5,025 bases of DNA from a virus, in the IMG/VR virus record IMGVR_UViG_3300045988_130262, positions 1 to 5,025 of that record. One strand, 5' to 3'. The translations under genes and the position numbers were made by a program. Every line of letters starts with the position of its first letter. Position 1 is the first letter of the stretch. A model generated the notes under the pieces. It was given only the letters and a program-made list of their open reading frames with translations. It searched no databases and had not been told where the DNA came from. Shown here piece after piece: positions 4,681 through 5,025 of this stretch.

Positions 4681-4686
4681 AAAGGA
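4681..4686 (+). promoter_or_regulatory. Shine-Dalgarno for VP1 (AAAGGA)
   Basis: AAAGGA lies 8 nt upstream of ATG 4695. Confidence 0.65.
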
Positions 4687-4694
4687 TTGATAAC

Positions 4695-5025
4695 ATGAAA
4701 TCAGTCATGAAGCATTTATTCTCACAGATTCCTCGAGCTCAAATCTCGCGGTCTGTGTTTGACAGGTCTCACGGTTGGAAATCAACATTTGATTCTGGTT
4801 ATCTTGTCCCGTTTCTTGTGGATGAAGTCCTTCCCGGTGATTCGTATAAAGTAAAATTTAACTTCCTTGCTCGTCTTTCTACTCCTATAGTCCCGACTAT
4901 GGATAATCTGTTTATCGATACGTTTTATTTTTTTGTTCCGTATCGCTTGCTTTGGAAACACTGGGAACAGTTTAATGGTCAGCAGGACTATCCCGGCGCG
5001 TCTACTGATTATCTTGTGCCGCAGA
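4695..5025 (+). CDS. VP1: Major capsid protein VP1 (phiX174 F homologue), 5' part; open at the window end and continuing at nt 1 of the circle
   Basis: ATG at 4695 lies 8 nt after AAAGGA (4681-4686), with an in-frame TAG upstream at 4665. The translation is MKSVMKHLFSQIPRAQISRSVFDRSHGWKSTFDSGYLVPFLVDEVLPGDSYKVKFNFLARLSTPIVPTMDNLFIDTFYFFVPYRLLW, the characteristic microvirus capsid N-terminus. It is absent from the ORF track because there is no stop in the window. Confidence 0.93.
   Translation, partial: MKSVMKHLFSQIPRAQISRSVFDRSHGWKSTFDSGYLVPFLVDEVLPGDSYKVKFNFLARLSTPIVPTMDNLFIDTFYFFVPYRLLWKHWEQFNGQQDYPGASTDYLVPQ
4927..5025 (+). repeat. Terminal direct repeat, copy B (identical to 1..99)
   Basis: Same 99-nt identity as copy A. 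It implies a circular unit of 4,926 nt. Confidence 0.95.

Noticed and set aside
1-5025. tRNA, rRNA, CRISPR arrays, transposase/integrase genes, toxin-antitoxin or defence-system genes
   Set aside because: No cloverleaf-capable segments, regularly spaced repeats or additional long ORFs are present. The entire coding capacity is accounted for by the microvirus gene set plus the small ORFs discussed.

Overview
The window is one complete, circularly permuted genome of a small ssDNA phage of the family Microviridae (gokushovirus-like), plus a 99-nt overlap. Nt 1-99 are identical to nt 4927-5025, so the unit length is 4,926 nt. All credible genes are on the + strand, with strongly T-rich third codon positions. 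Gene order is VP1 major capsid, VP2 pilot protein, a 38-aa VP8/J-like basic protein missing from the ORF track, VP4 rolling-circle Rep, VP5-like protein, a 205-nt structured spacer, a 68-aa Cys-rich ORF, VP3 scaffold, and a 162-nt spacer back to VP1. VP1 wraps the window ends (4695..4926 joined to 1..1442, 557 aa), and its N-terminal part is also missing from the ORF track. The core genes are ordinary microvirus genes. The parts worth a second look are: (i) the VP3-VP1 spacer, where the loop of a perfect 13-bp hairpin carries ACTTGAT, the core of the phiX174 A-protein nick site, making it a candidate (+)-strand origin; (ii) the VP5-distal spacer, which has four stem-loops and also exactly one open frame encoding a 63-aa hydrophobic protein; (iii) a CxxC-x13-CxxC zinc-ribbon-like ORF coupled to VP3, which I do not recognise from the canonical gokushovirus gene set; (iv) a 38-aa single-TM ORF overlapping it that owns the best-spaced Shine-Dalgarno, a speculative phiX E-like lysis candidate. 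No tRNA, rRNA, CRISPR array, transposase or integrase is visible. All homology statements rest on motif recognition from memory, since no search could be run.
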